A stretch of DNA of 64,000 nt from Gemmatimonadota bacterium (GCA_041500125.1 JBGQLP010000003.1:56751-120750), one strand, 5' to 3'; counted from the first letter of the stretch, positions 10,957 through 20,655 are shown. Notes: generated from the letters alone by a model not told the origin. Program-made: numbers and translations.

Positions 10957-11057
10957 GGGTCTAAGAGAGGACGTCACGAGTTAAACCTTCACCTTAGACC
11001 TTGGGGAAGAGAGTTCGGATACTGATGTCAACACTGTTGACGTCGGTTCTTGGACCC
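10957..11057 (-). promoter_or_regulatory. long irregular hairpin in the rpsO-pnp intercistronic leader
   Basis: The 20-nt arms 11038..11057 and 10957..10976 pair in segments of 5, 4 and 7 bp. They enclose about 60 nt, including a 21-bp near-palindrome at 11024..11044. Confidence 0.4.
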
Positions 11058-11058
11058 T

Positions 11059-11097
11059 CAATAAGGAAGGGCGTCCCGTCTGCCCACCAGGACGCCC
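11059..11097 (-). terminator. rpsO intrinsic terminator/attenuator
   Basis: Perfect 8-bp stem GGGCGTCC/GGACGCCC (11069..11076 and 11090..11097), followed on the minus strand by TTCCTTATT. It lies 17 nt after the rpsO stop. Confidence 0.5.
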
Positions 11098-11113
11098 CTT
11101 GTTGGCGCAACAG

Positions 11114-11374
11114 CTAGTGCCGGAGGCCGAGCTGCTCGATGAGCGCTCGGTAGGTCGGCAGGTCGCTTCGCTTGAGGTACGTAAGCAGCCTGCGGCGAGT
11201 CCCGACCATCTTCAGCAGCCCTCGGCGGCTGTGATGGTCCTTCAGGTGGGTGCGGAAGTGATCGGTGAGGGAGTTGATCCGCTCGGTGAGAAGAGCCACC
11301 TGCACCTTGGCGGAACCGGTGTCGGTTGCGTGAGCCTGATGCTTGACCACCACCGCCTGCTTGTCGAAACCCAT
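11114..11374 (-). CDS. rpsO: 30S ribosomal protein S15
   Basis: The 86-aa C-terminal part of the track ORF ([40 protein letters not shown]...) is a full-length S15. Confidence 0.95.
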   Translation of the reverse strand: MGFDKQAVVVKHQAHATDTGSAKVQVALLTERINSLTDHFRTHLKDHHSRRGLLKMVGTRRRLLTYLKRSDLPTYRALIEQLGLRH

Positions 11375-11518
11375 GCTTCGAATGTCCTCTGTACGAAGTC
11401 GCGCCCCGTAATCCGTTGTAGCACTGCAAAGTAAGCGCGGGCCGGCAGGTGAAGCAAGGCCCGACCCGGGGGGACTGCTTGCTCCCCGATTCCAGATGAG
11501 GTAGCGTCTCTCCCTGCC

Positions 11519-12088
11519 ATGACCTCCACCCCTGAGCCGATGGCCGGCATTGTCCGGGTAGCCCCCTTTTCGGGGTTCTTTCAACGGTTCGACGAGCTGA
11601 TCGGCTCAGCCACCCAGATGGTGCTGTACTTCATCCATTCGCGCCGTTGGCGGGAGAACCATGATGCCGCGCTCAAGGCCTTTCTGGCGCGCGGGGGCAC
11701 GACTCTCGAAGTCTTCCTGCCCGACCTCGAAAATCACGAGCTCATGTTCTCGTTGGAGCGGCACTTCGATGACGGGCCCCTGATTCCCAGCCTTGTGGTT
11801 GACGCCTACCGGTACTTTGCCCGCCTGGCCAGAGACTTTCAACGACCGACGGATATCTGGCTGTTCAGCCGCTACCCTACCTATTCCTTCTACCGCTTCG
11901 ATGAGCGCGCAGTCCTGGCGCTGTACTCGAATACGGCAGCCAAGAAAGAGCTGCCCGCATTCGAGGTCTCGACCGATGGCGCCCTGGGGAAGTTCCTGGC
12001 GACGGACATCGAAGACTTGAAGAAGGAGTGCCGCAGACGCGCCCCGAGCGAGCTCGAGGCCCTGATCGCGAGCGTGACCGCGCCCTAG
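11519..12088 (+). CDS. hypothetical protein (189 aa), no family recognised
   Basis: Clean ORF with strongly G/C-biased third positions like its neighbours. It is the only plus-strand gene in the first 30 kb. Its stop overlaps the rseP stop in a CTAG tetranucleotide. Confidence 0.6.
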   Translation: MTSTPEPMAGIVRVAPFSGFFQRFDELIGSATQMVLYFIHSRRWRENHDAALKAFLARGGTTLEVFLPDLENHELMFSLERHFDDGPLIPSLVVDAYRYFARLARDFQRPTDIWLFSRYPTYSFYRFDERAVLALYSNTAAKKELPAFEVSTDGALGKFLATDIEDLKKECRRRAPSELEALIASVTAP

Positions 12089-13449
12089 CCCCCGAAGATC
12101 CGCCGCAGGTCGTTGGAGAATGCAAGGCCCATCAAGAGCACGATGAGCACGAGCCCCACGGTCGTGAGCCGCTCTCGCAGCTTCAGCGGCAACGGTCGGC
12201 GGATGACCGCCTCGGCCAACAGGAACAGGAACTGGCCCCCATCCAGCACTGGAACCGGCAGCAGGTTGAGGATGGCGAGGTTGATCGAGATCAGCGCCAT
12301 GAAGCCGAGGAAGGTGTCGAGACCCATCCTGGCGCTCTCGCCCGCCAGCTGGCCGATCAGGATGGGACCGCCGACGGTCCGTCCCGAGATACGGCCGCTG
12401 AAGAGACCCCGTACGGTACGCACGATCTGGGTGGAGGCTCGAAGCGTGGCTCGGCCACCTTCGACGATGGCCTGGCCCAGGCTCAGCTTTTCCGAGATGA
12501 ATCCGGTGCCGACGGCCACCCCGATGCGCCCGACCGCCCGCGGCTTGCCACCCGGCCCGGGAATCGAATCCAGATACGGTCGCACGTTGTAGCTTATTCG
12601 CTGGCCGGCTCGGGCGACCTCTACGGTGAGGTCTTGGCCCGGGTTCCCCTGAAGCGTCTCCAGCAGATCGTACCACTGGCGAACCCGGCGGCCGTTCACC
12701 GCGACGATCGTGTCGCCTTGGCGAATCCCGGCACGCCCCGCAGGCTTGTCCCGCAGCACCTCACCCACGATCGCCGTACGGAAAGGTTGGAGGGCCTGGG
12801 CAGCCTTGATCCGATCTTCCAGCGCATCGGGATGGATCGGCAGAACCACCCTCGACCCATCGTCCAAACGGATCCGCACGTCGGCGTCCGGCGTGTTGAC
12901 GATCCCCGAGACGACCTCGTCCCAGGACTTCACCGAGTCACCGTTGATGCTCAGGATCCGGGTGCCGGGCTGGATCTGCTTCAGCGCTTGGGCCGAGGGC
13001 GGGACGGATTCTTCCACCACACGCCCGACTGTGGTCACCGGGTCGATCTGGCGTCCGTTCTTATAGGCCAGGAAGGCGAACACCGCCCAGGCGAAGAGCG
13101 CATTCATGGTGACGCCGGCCAGAATCACGACCATCCGCTTCCAGATCGGCTTGGCTTCGAATACCCGGTCCGGCGGCACGGAAACGGTGGGAGCGCCCCC
13201 CTCGAGCGCGCTGCTGCTGATGTCCTCTTCCCGGCTGGCCATCTTGACGTAGCCGCCGAGCGGCAACCAGGAGATCGAGTATTCGGTCTCGCCGCGGCGG
13301 AAGGTGAGCCACGGAACGGGCGAACCCAGGCCGAGCGAGAAGCGGTACACGTAGATGCCGGCCCACTTGGCCGCGATGAAGTGCCCCGCCTCGTGAACGA
13401 AGATGAGAACCCCAAGCACGACGATCAGAGCGACTACCGTTGTCAACAC
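12085..13449 (-). CDS. rseP: RIP site-2 metalloprotease RseP
   Basis: Motifs HEAGHF (HExxH), a PDZ domain, and NLLPVPVLDGG. A GTG at 13449 overlaps the dxr stop (TAGTG). The track start at 13488 lies inside dxr. Confidence 0.9.
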   Translation of the reverse strand: MLTTVVALIVVLGVLIFVHEAGHFIAAKWAGIYVYRFSLGLGSPVPWLTFRRGETEYSISWLPLGGYVKMASREEDISSSALEGGAPTVSVPPDRVFEAKPIWKRMVVILAGVTMNALFAWAVFAFLAYKNGRQIDPVTTVGRVVEESVPPSAQALKQIQPGTRILSINGDSVKSWDEVVSGIVNTPDADVRIRLDDGSRVVLPIHPDALEDRIKAAQALQPFRTAIVGEVLRDKPAGRAGIRQGDTIVAVNGRRVRQWYDLLETLQGNPGQDLTVEVARAGQRISYNVRPYLDSIPGPGGKPRAVGRIGVAVGTGFISEKLSLGQAIVEGGRATLRASTQIVRTVRGLFSGRISGRTVGGPILIGQLAGESARMGLDTFLGFMALISINLAILNLLPVPVLDGGQFLFLLAEAVIRRPLPLKLRERLTTVGLVLIVLLMGLAFSNDLRRIFGG

Positions 13450-14567
13450 TATTGCCTCACACTTTGTCTGGCCTTCTCCCGAGCCCACCCATCAGCAGCC
13501 CGCACTGCAGCCACCGAGCTCGCCGGGCACGGCGTGTGGGCATCGAGGGTCTGCTCGATGGTCTCGCTGATTCGGCCGAAAGGAATTGCACCCTGTAGAA
13601 AGGCGGCGACCGCCACCTCATTGGCCGCATTGAACACCGTTGGTGCGGTACCCCCTGCCCTGCCCGCCGCGATCCCGTAGGCCAGTGCCGGAAAGATCTC
13701 GGCCCGGACCGGCTCAAACGTGAGCGGCCCAGCCGCAACCGGATCGAACCGGCGGACTCCGGCATCCGGAAGCCGCTCGGGATGAGTCAGGGCGTACAGA
13801 ATCGGCAGCTCCATGGAGGGGAAGCCCAGCTGGGCCAACACACTCCCATCCCAGAACTCGGTGAAGGCATGCACCACGCTTTGCGGATGCACCACCACCT
13901 CCAGCGAGTCGTACGGGAGACGAAATAGATAGTGGGCTTCGATCAGTTCCAGAGCCTTGTTCGCCAGGGTAGCGCAGTCGACGGTGATCTTGTTGCCCAT
14001 TCGCCAGGTCGGATGCCTTAATGCCTCTTCGACCGTGGCGTGATTGACTCGCTCGGCACCCCACTCCCGAAATGGTCCGCCTGACGCCGTGAGGATGAGC
14101 CGGGCCAGGCCGTTGTCCCGCCCGGTGATGCATTGCAGGACGGCACTGTGCTCCGAATCGATCGGAACGATCTCGCCGCCGCCGGCGCAGGCCGCCTGAG
14201 CCACGAGGTCGCCCGCCATGACCAGGGTCTCTTTGTTGGCCAGTGCCACGCGCTTGCCCGCCCGGAGAGCGGCAAGGGTGGCCTCCAACCCGGCGGCGCC
14301 GACGACCGCGTTCACGACGATGTCCACCTCGGGATGGGTGGCCGCCTCCACCAGGACCTCGGGGCCGGTGGGCCAGCGCGGGTCGCTGAGGGCGCCGGCC
14401 AGGCCGGCGTAAGCCGGATGCCACTCGGCCACCTGGCGCTCCAGGTCGTCGCGGTTCTGCCCGGCGGTCAGCGCCACCAGGCGGAAATGCTCCTGCTGCC
14501 GCCGCAACACGTCGAGGGTGCTGCGGCCGATGGATCCGGTTGAGCCGAGGAGGGCAACTGCTTTCAT
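13449..14567 (-). CDS. dxr: 1-deoxy-D-xylulose 5-phosphate reductoisomerase
   Basis: Motifs LGSTGSIG, LANKETLVMAG and SGGPFR, at full length of 372 aa. Confidence 0.95.
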   Translation of the reverse strand: MKAVALLGSTGSIGRSTLDVLRRQQEHFRLVALTAGQNRDDLERQVAEWHPAYAGLAGALSDPRWPTGPEVLVEAATHPEVDIVVNAVVGAAGLEATLAALRAGKRVALANKETLVMAGDLVAQAACAGGGEIVPIDSEHSAVLQCITGRDNGLARLILTASGGPFREWGAERVNHATVEEALRHPTWRMGNKITVDCATLANKALELIEAHYLFRLPYDSLEVVVHPQSVVHAFTEFWDGSVLAQLGFPSMELPILYALTHPERLPDAGVRRFDPVAAGPLTFEPVRAEIFPALAYGIAAGRAGGTAPTVFNAANEVAVAAFLQGAIPFGRISETIEQTLDAHTPCPASSVAAVRAADGWAREKARQSVRQ

Positions 14568-15439
14568 CAGATCACCCCGAACAGGCGATAGAGCGCTGCC
14601 GCCGTAGGAATGACGAAGTAGAGCGAATCGAACCGGTCGAGCACTCCGCCGTGGCCGGGAATCAGGCTGCTCGAGTCCTTCACTCCCGCCTCCCGTTTGA
14701 ACAAGGACTCCGCCAGATCACCGATCTGACCCACCACTGACAGCGCCCCCGCTATCACCAGCAGTTGCCACAGGGGTATGAGGAGGCCCACCCGGGGAAA
14801 GATCAGTGCTCCGAATAGCGGGGCAACCACCAGGCCGCCAACCAGTCCCGCCGAGCTGCCCGACCGGGTCTTACCCGGACTCACGATAGGCGCGAGCTTC
14901 GGCCCGCCGAAGGCGCGGCCTCCAAACATGGCGGCGGTGTCGCAGACCCAGGTGACGACCAGAGGAAAAAACACCAACCAGGCGCCGGCCCAGGAGCGCT
15001 CGGGGTATTGGCTGTGCCGGATCGCCAAAAGAAACGCAGGGAGCGCTGCGGTATATGCCACGGCCAGCAGGGTTACACCCGCCGCCGACAGCGGGCGATC
15101 CGCCGGAGAGCGCGCGGCCAGGACCCAGGTGAGCAGCACGATGAGCCAGAGCGCGGCCAGATAAGGCCAGCCCGCCACCACGAAGGCCCGGACGTCGGCG
15201 GCCACCAGCGTGGCGTACACCAGCGGAGCGAGCGCCGCCGCAGTCACCAGGCCAAGTGGCCGAATCGGTCGAATGCCCTGCCGGCCGGCCAAATCGAACA
15301 GCTCTCGGGCACCGAGCGCACCGGCGACCGCCAGCAGGAGGGCAAGGAGCCCGCCTCCATACCATACCACGCCCAGCGCCAGGGGAATCGCAACGACTGC
15401 AAATCCCACCCGCCGAATCAAATTGGCGTCCATACTCAT
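14567..15439 (-). CDS. cdsA: phosphatidate cytidylyltransferase
   Basis: C-terminal signature SLFKREAGVKDSSSLIPGHGGVLDRFDS in a polytopic protein. ATG at 15439 forms an ATGA overlap with the uppS stop. The track extension to 15631 lies inside uppS. Confidence 0.88.
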   Translation of the reverse strand: MSMDANLIRRVGFAVVAIPLALGVVWYGGGLLALLLAVAGALGARELFDLAGRQGIRPIRPLGLVTAAALAPLVYATLVAADVRAFVVAGWPYLAALWLIVLLTWVLAARSPADRPLSAAGVTLLAVAYTAALPAFLLAIRHSQYPERSWAGAWLVFFPLVVTWVCDTAAMFGGRAFGGPKLAPIVSPGKTRSGSSAGLVGGLVVAPLFGALIFPRVGLLIPLWQLLVIAGALSVVGQIGDLAESLFKREAGVKDSSSLIPGHGGVLDRFDSLYFVIPTAAALYRLFGVI

Positions 15440-16179
15440 CCGGCTTCGACGCGGCCGAACCGCCGTTCGCGCCGCTGAAACTCCAGGATAGCCTCGAAGA
15501 GGTGGCGCCGGGTAAAATCGGGCCAGAGAACGGGGGTGACGTAGAGCTCGGCGTAGGCGAGCTGCCACAACAAAAAATTGGAGATCCGCATCTCTCCCGA
15601 AGTTCGGATCAGCAGATCGGGATCGGGCCATTCCGCGGTATAGAGCATCTTCCCGACGGCGGCTTCGTCGATATCCGAGGGATCCAGCCGACCCGCGGCT
15701 ACCGCTTCGGCCAGCATCCGTGCCGCGCGGGCAATCTCCGCTCGAGCGCTATAGGAGATGCACAGGTTGAGCGCCAGGGCGTCGCCGCCGGCCGTGTCCG
15801 TCATGATCCGCTCGACCGCGCGCCGGGCACCGTCGCCCAACCGATCGAGATGACCGAGGATGCGCACGGAGACCCCCTGCGCCCGCAGCTCGGCTGCCTC
15901 CCGGGCGATGTACTCCTCGAGCAGCTTCATGAGCGCCTCGATCTCTCCGGCCGGCCGCTTCCAGTTTTCCTGGCTGAATGCAAAGAGGGTGAGCACGCCG
16001 ACCCCGGCCTGGAGACATCCTTCAACGACTTCGCGCACCGCTTTCATGCCCGCGTGATGGCCGAGTGGCCGGGGGAGGGAGCGGCCCTTGGCCCAGCGCC
16101 CATTTCCGTCCATGATGATGGCGATGTGGCCCGGGACGGCGCCGTGCATCCGAAGTCGCTGAAGCAGATCAGTGCTCAT
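15436..16179 (-). CDS. uppS: undecaprenyl diphosphate synthase
   Basis: Motifs IAIIMDGNGRWA and IRTSGEMRISNFLLWQLAYAELY. Confidence 0.95.
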   Translation of the reverse strand: MSTDLLQRLRMHGAVPGHIAIIMDGNGRWAKGRSLPRPLGHHAGMKAVREVVEGCLQAGVGVLTLFAFSQENWKRPAGEIEALMKLLEEYIAREAAELRAQGVSVRILGHLDRLGDGARRAVERIMTDTAGGDALALNLCISYSARAEIARAARMLAEAVAAGRLDPSDIDEAAVGKMLYTAEWPDPDLLIRTSGEMRISNFLLWQLAYAELYVTPVLWPDFTRRHLFEAILEFQRRERRFGRVEAG

Positions 16180-16183
16180 CCGC

Positions 16184-16738
16184 TCAGACTTCCATGATTT
16201 CCGCTTCTTTCGCGTGGATGAGCCCGTCGATCTGCTTGATGTGGTCGTCGGTGATCTTCTGAATCTCTTTCTCGGCGTGACGCTTGTCGTCCTCCGATAT
16301 CTTTTCCAGCTTCTTCACCTTCGAGAGGGTCTCGGTCCGGGCATGGCGCACCGCAATCCGGCCTTCCTCGCCCAGCTTGTGGACCACCTTGACCAGGTCT
16401 CTACGCCGTTCCTCGGAGAGCGCCGGTAGCGGTACCCGGATGAGGTTGCCCTGGGTCGCCGGGTTCAGCCCCAGATCAGACTCCCGGATGGCCTTCTCGA
16501 TGGCGTGGGCGAGGGACTTGTCGAAGGGCTGGACCGTGAGCAGTCGAGGCTCGGGAGCCGCCACCATCGCCACCTGGTTGAGCGGAACCGAGCTGCCATA
16601 GGCTTCCACTCGAACGATGTCGAGCAGAGACGTGCTCGCCTTGCCGCTGCGGATGGAGGTGAATTCCCGCTTGGTGCTCTCGACCGCCTTGTGCATCAGA
16701 TCCCGGCCGTGCCTGGTCAGTTCGGGGATGGTGCTCAT
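16184..16738 (-). CDS. frr: ribosome recycling factor
   Basis: 184 aa at typical RRF length, with a charged C-terminal helix. ATGA overlap with pyrH. Confidence 0.93.
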   Translation of the reverse strand: MSTIPELTRHGRDLMHKAVESTKREFTSIRSGKASTSLLDIVRVEAYGSSVPLNQVAMVAAPEPRLLTVQPFDKSLAHAIEKAIRESDLGLNPATQGNLIRVPLPALSEERRRDLVKVVHKLGEEGRIAVRHARTETLSKVKKLEKISEDDKRHAEKEIQKITDDHIKQIDGLIHAKEAEIMEV

Positions 16739-17451
16739 CGGACGATGGTCCCCACATCCGGGTCGCCTTCCAGGACTCGCCGGATGGCGCCGGCTTGGTT
16801 GATGTTGAACACCACGATGGGTAGCTGGTTGGCCTTGCAGAGACCGAAGGCGTTGGCATCCATCACCGCGTAGTTCTTGACGATCGCCTCTTGGTAGGTG
16901 AGGTCGCGGATCAGGGTGGCCTTGGGGTCCGTGCGGGGATCGCTGGTGTAAATCCCGTCGACATTGGTGGCCTTGAGAATCACCTGGGCCTCGATCTCGA
17001 GAGCCCGCAGCACCCCGGCCGTGTCGGTCGAAAAGAAGGGATTGCCGGTGCCGGCGGCAAAGATGATGAGCCGGCCCTTTTCCAGGTGGCGGATGGCCCG
17101 CCGCCGGATGTAGGGCTCGGCCACCGACTCCATCCGGATGGCGGTCATCACCCGGGTATTGACTCCTATTTTCTCCAGCACATCCTGTAGCGCAAGAGCG
17201 TTGATGACCGTGGCCAGCATCCCCATATAGTCGGCGGAGACCCGGTCGAGTCCCTCCCGGCTGGCGGCGGTGCCGCGGATGATGTTGCCGCCTCCCACGA
17301 CCAGGGCAAGGTGCACGCCCAGCGCGTGGACCGCTTTCACTTCTTCGGCGAAGGCCTCGACGGTATGAAAGTCGAGGCCGAAGCCCTTATCGCCCCCCAG
17401 CGCCTCGCCCGAAATCTTGAGCAGGGCGCGGGTGTAGGCGAGGGCCATCAA
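16735..17451 (-). CDS. pyrH: UMP kinase
   Basis: Motifs [16 protein letters not shown] and [14 protein letters not shown]. Confidence 0.95.
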   Translation of the reverse strand: MMALAYTRALLKISGEALGGDKGFGLDFHTVEAFAEEVKAVHALGVHLALVVGGGNIIRGTAASREGLDRVSADYMGMLATVINALALQDVLEKIGVNTRVMTAIRMESVAEPYIRRRAIRHLEKGRLIIFAAGTGNPFFSTDTAGVLRALEIEAQVILKATNVDGIYTSDPRTDPKATLIRDLTYQEAIVKNYAVMDANAFGLCKANQLPIVVFNINQAGAIRRVLEGDPDVGTIVR

Positions 17452-18053
17452 GCTTCTCCGATTTTAAACCGGGCGAAGCGACGCACCGAGATTACCTCGC
17501 CCAGCTTGCCTGATGCCTCCTTGATGAGCTGACCCACGGTCTTCTTGTCGTCGCGCACGAAGGGCTGCTCCGTCAGGGTGCGCTCAGCCACGAACTTCCT
17601 GAGCTTCCCGTCCACGATCTTGCCCCGGATGTTCTCCGGCTTGCCCTCCTGCGCCACCTGCTCCTCGGCGATCCGGCGCTCCCGTTCCAACAGCTCGGCC
17701 GGTACGTCCTCCGGGTTCACCGCGATCGGATCGGCGGAGGCCACGTGGAGCGCGATGTCACGGGCCAGCTGTTGAAAGTCTTCCGTGCGAGCCACAAAGT
17801 CGGTCTCGCAATTGAGCTCCACCAGGGATCCCACCTGGTTGTTGTGGTGCAGGTAGCTCACCACCACTCCCTGCGAGGCCACCTTGCCCGCGCGCTTTTC
17901 CGCCTTGGCGATCCCCTTCTTTCGGAGGATCTCCGAGGCTTTATCCAAGTCGCCGCCCGACTCCTCCAGGGCGCGTTTGCAGTCCATCATCCCCGCGCCG
18001 GTGCGGGCTCTCAGATCACTCACATTCTTGGGCGATACCGTCGTGCTTGCCAT
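17448..18053 (-). CDS. tsf: elongation factor Ts (short form)
   Basis: Motif [17 protein letters not shown] chose ATG at 18053, preceded by GGAG. The track TTG start at 18062 contains that SD sequence. Confidence 0.9.
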   Translation of the reverse strand: MASTTVSPKNVSDLRARTGAGMMDCKRALEESGGDLDKASEILRKKGIAKAEKRAGKVASQGVVVSYLHHNNQVGSLVELNCETDFVARTEDFQQLARDIALHVASADPIAVNPEDVPAELLERERRIAEEQVAQEGKPENIRGKIVDGKLRKFVAERTLTEQPFVRDDKKTVGQLIKEASGKLGEVISVRRFARFKIGEA

Positions 18054-18082
18054 AATCTCCAAACCAGGTCGACTCAGGGGTG

Positions 18083-18128
18083 AATAGTAAAGCCGCCGCT
18101 CCCGGCACGCACAGGCCTGGAGCGGCGG
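18083..18128 (-). terminator. rpsB-tsf intercistronic hairpin (attenuator-like)
   Basis: Perfect 10-bp stem CCGCCGCTCC/GGAGCGGCGG (18093..18102 and 18119..18128), followed on the minus strand by CTTTACTATT. Confidence 0.4.
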
Positions 18129-18152
18129 AGAACGCCAGCGGGCAGCGGCGGG

Positions 18153-19052
18153 TTACGCGCCGGCGTCGCTCGCCGCGCTCGGGGCCGCCGCCTCGGGAAC
18201 TGCCTCGGCGTCGGCGTCGGTCTTGAGGCGCGCAGCGATGGCTTCGGGCTTGGGCCGCCGCTTGCGACGGGGCCGGCGCCGCTTCCGGTCTGCATCCGCA
18301 TCGCCCTCACTGCCGGCGTCGGTGCTGTAGGTCTCGGCCTCGAGATCCTCGGTGACTTCGCGTATTGGCATCTGCGCGCGGGCCTCCTTGATCACATCGG
18401 ACAACGCGGCCGTGATCAGGGAGACCGAACGGATGGCGTCGTCGTTGCCCGGCACCGGCACCGTGATGACATCGGGATCGGCGTTGGTGTCGACGATGGC
18501 CACCACCGGGATACCCAGCTTGTTGGCCTCGGCGACCGCGATCTTCTCCTTCTTGGCATCGACGACGAAGAGGGCGCCGGGCAGCCGGCTCATGCCCTTG
18601 ATGCCTTCCAGGTTCCGGCTCAGCTTCACCCGCTCCCGCTCGAAGAGCAGCTTTTCCTTCTTCGTGTAGTTCTCGAAATCGCCCTCGGCGGCTCCCTGCT
18701 CCAACTCGCGCAGGCGGCGGATCTGCTTCTTCAGGGTCTGGAAGTTCGTCAGCATGCCACCCAGCCAGCGCTCGGTGACATAGAACGCGTTGCAGGTCTG
18801 GGCCTCGGCCTGGACGATGGCCTTGAGCTGCTTCTTGGTGCAGACGAAGAGGACCCCCTCGCCCTTGAGCACCACATTCTTCAAGAGCTCCTGGGCTTTG
18901 TTGATCTGACGCAGGGTCTTCTGCAGATCGATGATGTAGATGCCCGAGCGCTCGGCGAAAATGAAGCGCCGCATCTTCGGATTCCACCGGCGGGTCTGGT
19001 GACCGAAGTGCACACCGGCTTCGAGCAGGTCCTGCAGTTGGGGCTGTGCCAT
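18153..19052 (-). CDS. rpsB: 30S ribosomal protein S2 with a charged C-terminal tail
   Basis: N-terminus MAQPQLQDLLEAGVHFGHQTRRWNPKM. The last ~60 aa are low-complexity acidic/basic sequence (DADADRKRRRPRRKRRPKP). Confidence 0.95.
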   Translation of the reverse strand: MAQPQLQDLLEAGVHFGHQTRRWNPKMRRFIFAERSGIYIIDLQKTLRQINKAQELLKNVVLKGEGVLFVCTKKQLKAIVQAEAQTCNAFYVTERWLGGMLTNFQTLKKQIRRLRELEQGAAEGDFENYTKKEKLLFERERVKLSRNLEGIKGMSRLPGALFVVDAKKEKIAVAEANKLGIPVVAIVDTNADPDVITVPVPGNDDAIRSVSLITAALSDVIKEARAQMPIREVTEDLEAETYSTDAGSEGDADADRKRRRPRRKRRPKPEAIAARLKTDADAEAVPEAAAPSAASDAGA

Positions 19053-19218
19053 GCTGTGACTGACTTCCTGTCCGATTTGGGGTTAGGCGTCCACCGCGTT
19101 CATCTCCGGCTGCGACCCCCGCAGGGGCACCCACAGACGGATCCCGCGATGTGCGAAGTCAGGCGGTCGGTCGGACAGGCGGTCAGTTTCGTCCGCCCGT
19201 CCATCCGTCCACCCGGGA

Positions 19219-19620
19219 TTACCGCTTGCTGAACTGGAACCGCTTCCGCGCGCCAGGACGACCGGGCTTCTTCCGCTCGACCGCCCGAGGATCCCGAGTC
19301 ATCAGACCCGCGGCCCGGAGCTTGGTCCGGTGCTGGCTATCGGCTTCCACCAGTGCCCGGGCGATGGCGTGCCGCAGCGCGCCGGCCTGACCAGCCTGGC
19401 CGCCACCGTTCACGTGGGCCTTCACATCGAACGCGCCCAACGTATCCGTCGCGGTAAAGGACTGCTGGATGTGCTGCACCAACGACGGTCTCGGGAAATA
19501 GTCGCCGAGCGTGCGCCCGTTGATGTCCCACTTGCCGGTGCCCGGCGTGAGATAGACGCGGGCCACGCTGGTCTTGCGCCGGCCGACCGCCTGCCACCGG
19601 AACTGGGGTGCTGCTGTCAT
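19219..19620 (-). CDS. rpsI: 30S ribosomal protein S9
   Basis: 133 aa ending KKPGRPGARKRFQFSKR. Confidence 0.95.
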   Translation of the reverse strand: MTAAPQFRWQAVGRRKTSVARVYLTPGTGKWDINGRTLGDYFPRPSLVQHIQQSFTATDTLGAFDVKAHVNGGGQAGQAGALRHAIARALVEADSQHRTKLRAAGLMTRDPRAVERKKPGRPGARKRFQFSKR

Positions 19621-20069
19621 GCGCTCGCCTTCGTTTTGGTAACGGAGAACGGTTTGGGCTGCTGGGCGGCATGCGGGTGCTCCGGGCCGGCGTACACCTT
19701 GAGCTTGCCCCGAAGCTTCTGCTTGGCCAGCGACGTCTTCGGCAGCATGCCGAACACGGCCTTCTCGATGACGCGGTCTGGGTGCTTGGCCAGCAGATCG
19801 CGCGCCGCGGTGAAGCGCTCGTGGCCCATATACCCGGTGTGCCGGAAGTAGACCTTATTGGTTTCTTTCCGGCCGGTCAGCTTCACCTTGGAGGCGTTGA
19901 TGACCACCACGAAATCGCCCCCGTCCATGTGGGGCGTGTAGGTCGGCTTGTGCTTGCCGCGAATGAGCTGAGCCACCCGGCTGGCGAGCCGTCCGAGAGG
20001 AACATCTTCCGCATCGACCAGGTGCCAGTCGTGGCTGATGTCCGCCGGTGTGGCGGTGAATGTTTTCAT
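19617..20069 (-). CDS. rplM: 50S ribosomal protein L13
   Basis: 150 aa, MKTFTATPADISHDWHLVDA..., with a 4-nt overlap with rpsI. Confidence 0.95.
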   Translation of the reverse strand: MKTFTATPADISHDWHLVDAEDVPLGRLASRVAQLIRGKHKPTYTPHMDGGDFVVVINASKVKLTGRKETNKVYFRHTGYMGHERFTAARDLLAKHPDRVIEKAVFGMLPKTSLAKQKLRGKLKVYAGPEHPHAAQQPKPFSVTKTKASA

Positions 20070-20145
20070 CTACTCCGCTGCCGTAGGCTTTGAACTGGGC
20101 CAAACCGAAACAGACTCACAAGATAGCAGGTGGTCAAGGTTTGGG

Positions 20146-20655
20146 TCAAGTGTTTCTATCCTCGAACTCCACCAGCACCTGCCCCTTCTCCACCGCTTCC
20201 CCCGGCGCCACTCGTACCGATTTGACCACCCCAGGGGCCGCCGCCTTGAGCTCGTTCTCCATCTTCATCGCCTCCAGCACGATGAGCCCCGCTCCAGCGG
20301 TCACCGCATCACCCTCCCGGGCCTGCACTCGAACGACCAACCCCGGCATGGGAGCCTTGAGAACCTCGGCGGCGCGGCGTTGATCGCCGCCACCGGTCAG
20401 GCTGCGGATGTGCCGGCTGCGCTCGTCGAGTACCTCCACCTCCAAACGCTCGCCTCCGGGCGCGAGCGCCCACCGGCCGCGGCCGAGCGGCTCGACCGAC
20501 AGGGTCAGGGGCCGACCATCCAGCAGCAGTTGGCGGAGTGGAGTGCCGGGAATGAAGTTCAGGGTGGCGTTCTGAGTGTCGCCGGCAATGGTGACGTTCT
20601 CGCCATCCACCTCGACCTCGATCGCCTGGCCATCGATCAGCACGACGTACTTCAT
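20146..20655 (-). CDS. biotin carboxyl carrier (biotinyl domain) protein
   Basis: C-terminal biotinylation motif LEAMKMENELKA. ATGA overlap with the upstream methyltransferase gene. Confidence 0.85.
   Translation of the reverse strand: MKYVVLIDGQAIEVEVDGENVTIAGDTQNATLNFIPGTPLRQLLLDGRPLTLSVEPLGRGRWALAPGGERLEVEVLDERSRHIRSLTGGGDQRRAAEVLKAPMPGLVVRVQAREGDAVTAGAGLIVLEAMKMENELKAAAPGVVKSVRVAPGEAVEKGQVLVEFEDRNT

Noticed and set aside
18307-19134. 275-aa ORF overlapping rpsB in another frame, and the 236-aa ORF at 13714..14424 inside dxr.
   Set aside because: These are same-strand alternate frames of highly conserved genes with Arg/Gly/Pro-rich translations. They are GC-content artefacts.
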